From Candidatus Fraserbacteria bacterium (GTDB taxonomy: Bacteria; Bipolaricaulota; Bipolaricaulia; RBG-16-55-9; DRXL01), in the NCBI GenBank assembly GCA_947085185.1, contig CAMTVK010000003.1:149047-213046 (forward strand): 64,000 bases of DNA, read 5' to 3'. Shown here in pieces: positions 60,977 to 64,000 of the stretch. The notes under the pieces are model-generated. The model was not told the origin of the DNA. It saw only the letters and a program-made list of their open reading frames with translations, and did no database searches. Every line of letters starts with the position of its first letter. Within the stretch, counting starts at the first letter, position 1. Made by a program: the position numbers and the translations under genes.

Positions 60977-61360
60977 CTACTCCACTCTTACCTCCCCCGT
61001 GCGCAAATCGATTATCACACACCGCCCACGCAAAAAGTCCAACCCTAATACCCCATCGACCGTCGCACTCGGCGGCAAGGTGTGACAGAGCACCGGAAAA
61101 TCACGGCGCTCCTGCCCTAACGCCTCTACCCGCTCTATCGACACCTGCGGGACAAATTCCACACCGCTCCCCGTCGTCATCGACACGCGCTGCGGCACTG
61201 CTGCTGGATCATACCCCACCAATACCAGCACATCCCAGCTTACCACTGTCCGTGTGGCTCCAGTGTCCAGCGCCAAGCGCACCACGGTATCGCCCGAGGG
61301 GCCAAAGAGCCGCGTCGGTACAACGATCAGCCCGGCAGTGGGATCGAAGCGCAGGCTCAT
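60977..61360 (-). CDS. single-domain retropepsin-like aspartyl protease
   Basis: ALDTGAT…DGVLGLDFL. Confidence 0.85.
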   Translation of the reverse strand: MSLRFDPTAGLIVVPTRLFGPSGDTVVRLALDTGATRTVVSWDVLVLVGYDPAAVPQRVSMTTGSGVEFVPQVSIERVEALGQERRDFPVLCHTLPPSATVDGVLGLDFLRGRCVIIDLRTGEVRVE

Positions 61361-61584
61361 AAGACCACAGCGACTTCGTCAGGGAGCTTGCCCGTATAGA
61401 GAATCGCCGAATGCTTGGGGCGCAGCTCTCGTGCCTTGCGGTAGACCTCATCGCGGTCCTTGCTGTGCCATAGGACTTTCCCTGCTATGATGGTGAGAGA
61501 CTCGGTCGCCTTCGGATCTTCGAGCAAGACCCATTCTGCTGGGAACCGTTCTTGGATTTCAGCTAAGGAGAGCACTTCGTCCAT
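61357..61584 (-). CDS. small partner protein (DUF5678-like) of the aspartyl protease, TA-like pair
   Basis: ERFPAEWVLL…GKVLWHSKDRDEVYRKA; ATGA overlap. Confidence 0.7.
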   Translation of the reverse strand: MDEVLSLAEIQERFPAEWVLLEDPKATESLTIIAGKVLWHSKDRDEVYRKARELRPKHSAILYTGKLPDEVAVVL

Positions 61585-61642
61585 ACATACCCCTTTCATA
61601 GAGAGCTCGCTTTATCTTAGAGCTATGGAGGCGCCAGGTCAA

Positions 61643-61780
61643 GGAGCCCTGCACCCTGCCCCAAGACTCAAGGTGAAGGGAGGTGAGAGATGGAGCAGGT
61701 TCACAGGGCCCAGGGCGAGCCCTAATCTTCGCCCACAATCTAGACCAAATCTATCTCACAGAAGGAGATGTCGATGTTCA
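61643..61780 (+). repeat. cassette leader repeat L4 (5'-truncated)
   Basis: GGAGCCCTGCACCCTGCCCCAAGACTCAAGGTGAAGGGAGGTGAGAGATGGAGCAGG…GGAGATGTCGATGTTCA. Confidence 0.9.
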
Positions 61781-62727
61781 ATAGGTTCTGCAGGATAAGC
61801 CAACTGGCAAAGATATTCAGCGTCATTACGATGTCAGCCTTGTTGCTCTGGGCAACATCCGGTATGTCAGTGGTTAGTCAACAGGTCCAGATGCCTACCA
61901 GAAACCAAATCGTTCAAGGGCTTAGAGCGAAGGTGGCAGCGCTGACAGCAGCGGAAGGAGATATCTTTGATATTGAGAATACAGCCTTCTACTCTGATCC
62001 AGGTGTGTTTTCTCTAGCGTTCATTCCCCTTCACCCTTCTTCGCGATCTTTGCAACTTATTCCCAAGCTTGTGGAGGAGGACATAGGGGCTGTGACCTTC
62101 GGGGTTCTCTATCTTGAGGGAGATTGGCCAGACACGGACTTGCCGCTGAAAGCCGGTATCTACACGTTGAAACTCAAGAGCGATCACTCTGTCGTAGCTG
62201 TTGCGGAAGACGAGGAGTTTCAAATTTGCGCTGGCAGTTGGAGACTGCTACCTGCACCTGTGTTTTCGACACCTGTGCCCCCTATCACCGAGTTCTCTTT
62301 CAGCTACCAGCCGGAGCCTAGCACTAGTACAGGCACTCCTATGTTAGAAAGTCTGAATATCCTTACGGCGCTAGCTTTTATATTGGTTTCAACAGAAAGG
62401 GATGATGCCTATGAAAGGATGCCCTATGAAAGATCGGCTTGGTATAGCGTTGCTTGTTCTATGTATGCAGAGTATAGTATTATATATGGTGATGATCGTT
62501 GCCTATGGGCTGTATTTGCCAATAACGATTATACTAATCATCTCATCTTCTCGGCCGCTTTGTGGCTATGGGTCGCTCTTCACCACATGAGAAAGAGAGC
62601 AGCTCTTGAAAGCACCTCTTCACTGAGACAGCTCAACTTTGTGATAGGTGCTGCATTCGTGATCGTCATTGCAACTCTTACTACCGCTGGCATCGCTATC
62701 ATTTGCGCTATCCAAGGAAGCAAGTAA
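61774..62727 (+). CDS. secreted precursor P4 (array family) with hydrophobic multi-helix C-terminus
   Basis: LTAAEGDIFDIENTAFYSD…FIPLHPS…FGVLYLEGD…GIYTLKL shared domain. Confidence 0.8.
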   Translation: MFNRFCRISQLAKIFSVITMSALLLWATSGMSVVSQQVQMPTRNQIVQGLRAKVAALTAAEGDIFDIENTAFYSDPGVFSLAFIPLHPSSRSLQLIPKLVEEDIGAVTFGVLYLEGDWPDTDLPLKAGIYTLKLKSDHSVVAVAEDEEFQICAGSWRLLPAPVFSTPVPPITEFSFSYQPEPSTSTGTPMLESLNILTALAFILVSTERDDAYERMPYERSAWYSVACSMYAEYSIIYGDDRCLWAVFANNDYTNHLIFSAALWLWVALHHMRKRAALESTSSLRQLNFVIGAAFVIVIATLTTAGIAIICAIQGSK

Positions 62728-62793
62728 AGTCGTAATATTTACGGCATTCTCAGTATGCCTACATTCTTAGCGAGCTGACAAGGGAAGAGACCT

Positions 62794-62865
62794 GGGCCAA
62801 GTTGCAGAATATGGACCTGCATGAGGTGCTCCAGACCCTGGAGCGGGCCGCGGGGACATGAGGCC
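62794..62865 (+). repeat. cassette closing repeat R4
   Basis: ATGGACCTGCATGAGGTGCTCCAGACCCTGGAGCGGGCCGCGGGGAC, compare R1 ATGAATCTGCGCAAAGTTCTTCAGACGCTGGAG. Confidence 0.65.
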
Positions 62866-63174
62866 TTACTGACGTCCCTTCACGAGCGTCTTGGCACTCT
62901 TTAATCCTTCACGATACTCCTCCACAGTGACCTTGGATCTGACCCCGCGACTAGCTAAGAGATCCATATATTCGCCCACAGAAAGATCAGCTAATTTGGC
63001 CCCCTCACTCAGCGAGACCCGATCCTCTACAAAGAGCTTGATCGCATACTCCCGCCGCACCAGCGCCACCCCAGACCGCAAAGCCTGCTTGAGCAGAAGC
63101 TCCTCCTCCACCGGCTCGTACTTACTGAGATCCTTCAGGAACTCCTGCACCTCTTGTGGAACTTCAACGCGCAT
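62866..63174 (-). CDS. UPF0175 family antitoxin-like protein
   Basis: AIKLFVEDRVSLSEGAKLADLSVGEYMDLLASRGV. Confidence 0.85.
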   Translation of the reverse strand: MRVEVPQEVQEFLKDLSKYEPVEEELLLKQALRSGVALVRREYAIKLFVEDRVSLSEGAKLADLSVGEYMDLLASRGVRSKVTVEEYREGLKSAKTLVKGRQ

Positions 63175-63694
63175 GCAGATCACCTCGTGCTTGTTCTAGG
63201 AGAGCGCTGCTATACCATCCATACCTCTCCAGCTGATGGAAGGCCTGCCACGCTTTGTCCCTATTAATTATACGCTCTCTGCGCAGCTCCACCAACACGT
63301 CCAAAGCTGTAGCAGAGTGCAAGCCTAAGGCCTTGCAAGCGGTGATGCCCCTTTTGTCGTCCATGAGCACTGTGTCTAGTCCCAAGTCTTGAGCTAAGGC
63401 GATCACGTCTCGCTCACCACCACGCAGCCCAAAGAGAGTTTGGATAGTTTGTTGACGGCTAGGACGGGGATGAAGCGTTTGCAGATGGTGCGCTTGGAAG
63501 TGGAGCTCCAATTGGAGGGCATCGGCATGACCTCTGGTCTTGCCCTTGAGCACGGCCTCCTCGTAGACACTTGGGGGGACGATGATGTGTACCCTGGTTA
63601 GGAGACTATCCAAAAGGCTACTCTTGGTGAGGAGGATAAGGCTGGAGGCGTCGGCAACTACTGTTGGCTTCGTGGTGGATTGCTTCCTAGCCAT
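63164..63694 (-). CDS. PIN-domain protein (DUF3368-like)
   Basis: VVADASSLI, VPPSVYEE, GERDVIALA, LMDD. Confidence 0.85.
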   Translation of the reverse strand: MARKQSTTKPTVVADASSLILLTKSSLLDSLLTRVHIIVPPSVYEEAVLKGKTRGHADALQLELHFQAHHLQTLHPRPSRQQTIQTLFGLRGGERDVIALAQDLGLDTVLMDDKRGITACKALGLHSATALDVLVELRRERIINRDKAWQAFHQLERYGWYSSALLEQARGDLHAR

Positions 63695-63807
63695 TGGAGC
63701 TCAGGCGTAGTGTAGCATGGAAAGAGCAGAGCGGTGAAGGACGGGCTTCTCCTTGCATGCGGAAAGGGTTCTCTAGTACTGTTCCCTTCGCAAGATGTTC
63801 GCAAGGC

Positions 63808-64000
63808 GAGAGTGAGGGAGCGAGCGGGGCGGGGTGCCGAGTCCGGGGATGGCCCACAGGGAGCCCCGCACCCCGCCCCCAAGACTCAAAGTGAAGGGAG
63901 GCGAGAGATGGAGCAGACCCGCAGGGCCCAGGGCGAGCCCTACCTTCGCCCGAAAGTCAGACCAAATCTATCTCACAGAAGGAGGAGATGCTGATGTTCA
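63808..64000 (+). repeat. cassette leader repeat L5 (full length); next precursor P5 starts at ATG 63994
   Basis: Perfect GGGGCGGGGTGC/GCACCCCGCCCC stem, uORF, AAGGAGGAG SD, ATGTTCA at the window end. Confidence 0.9.

Noticed and set aside
53959..64000. integron with attC cassettes or a diversity-generating retroelement
   Set aside because: The L/R repeats lack attC RYYYAAC…GTTRRRY ends. No integrase or reverse transcriptase is present, and no adenine-specific TR/VR pair was seen. An enzyme outside the window cannot be excluded.

Overview
This is a GC-rich bacterial chromosomal window. The gene content and a secreted-protein C-terminal domain (…LANGVYLYVV…KLVILR) suggest Ca. Bipolaricaulota/Acetothermia, which is an inference. 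Most of the window is housekeeping: proS, uvrB, infA, nth, rluA-like, acyl-CoA enzymes, hsp20 under a CIRCE-like operator, rarA, rpe, rnc, tRNA-Gln, tRNA-Arg, dprA, sppA, xseAB, infB and a complete heme-copper cytochrome c oxidase operon. It also has a cell-surface operon encoding a DUF11/dockerin adhesin, a cohesin-like lipoprotein and a putative beta-barrel protein. There are two accessory regions. The first (12.9-20.1 kb) is a decayed, protease-rich island with two identically spaced pairs of FNR-type boxes. The second (52.7-64 kb) is the main find: a tandem array of at least five cassettes. Each cassette follows the plan [~170-bp leader repeat with hairpin and uORF] -> secreted precursor (shared signal peptide, shared ~130-aa domain, variable C-terminus) -> CPBP/Abi protease or ABC exporter with its own promoter -> [~55-bp closing repeat] <- a different toxin-antitoxin pair each time. 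Individual units lack or have decayed some parts. Upstream sit a 22-bp-period operator array, an RHH regulator and a Crp/Fnr gene frameshifted at a G14 tract, a candidate phase-variation switch. infA appears to start at a non-canonical AUA codon. All calls come from reading the sequence; no database searches were run.
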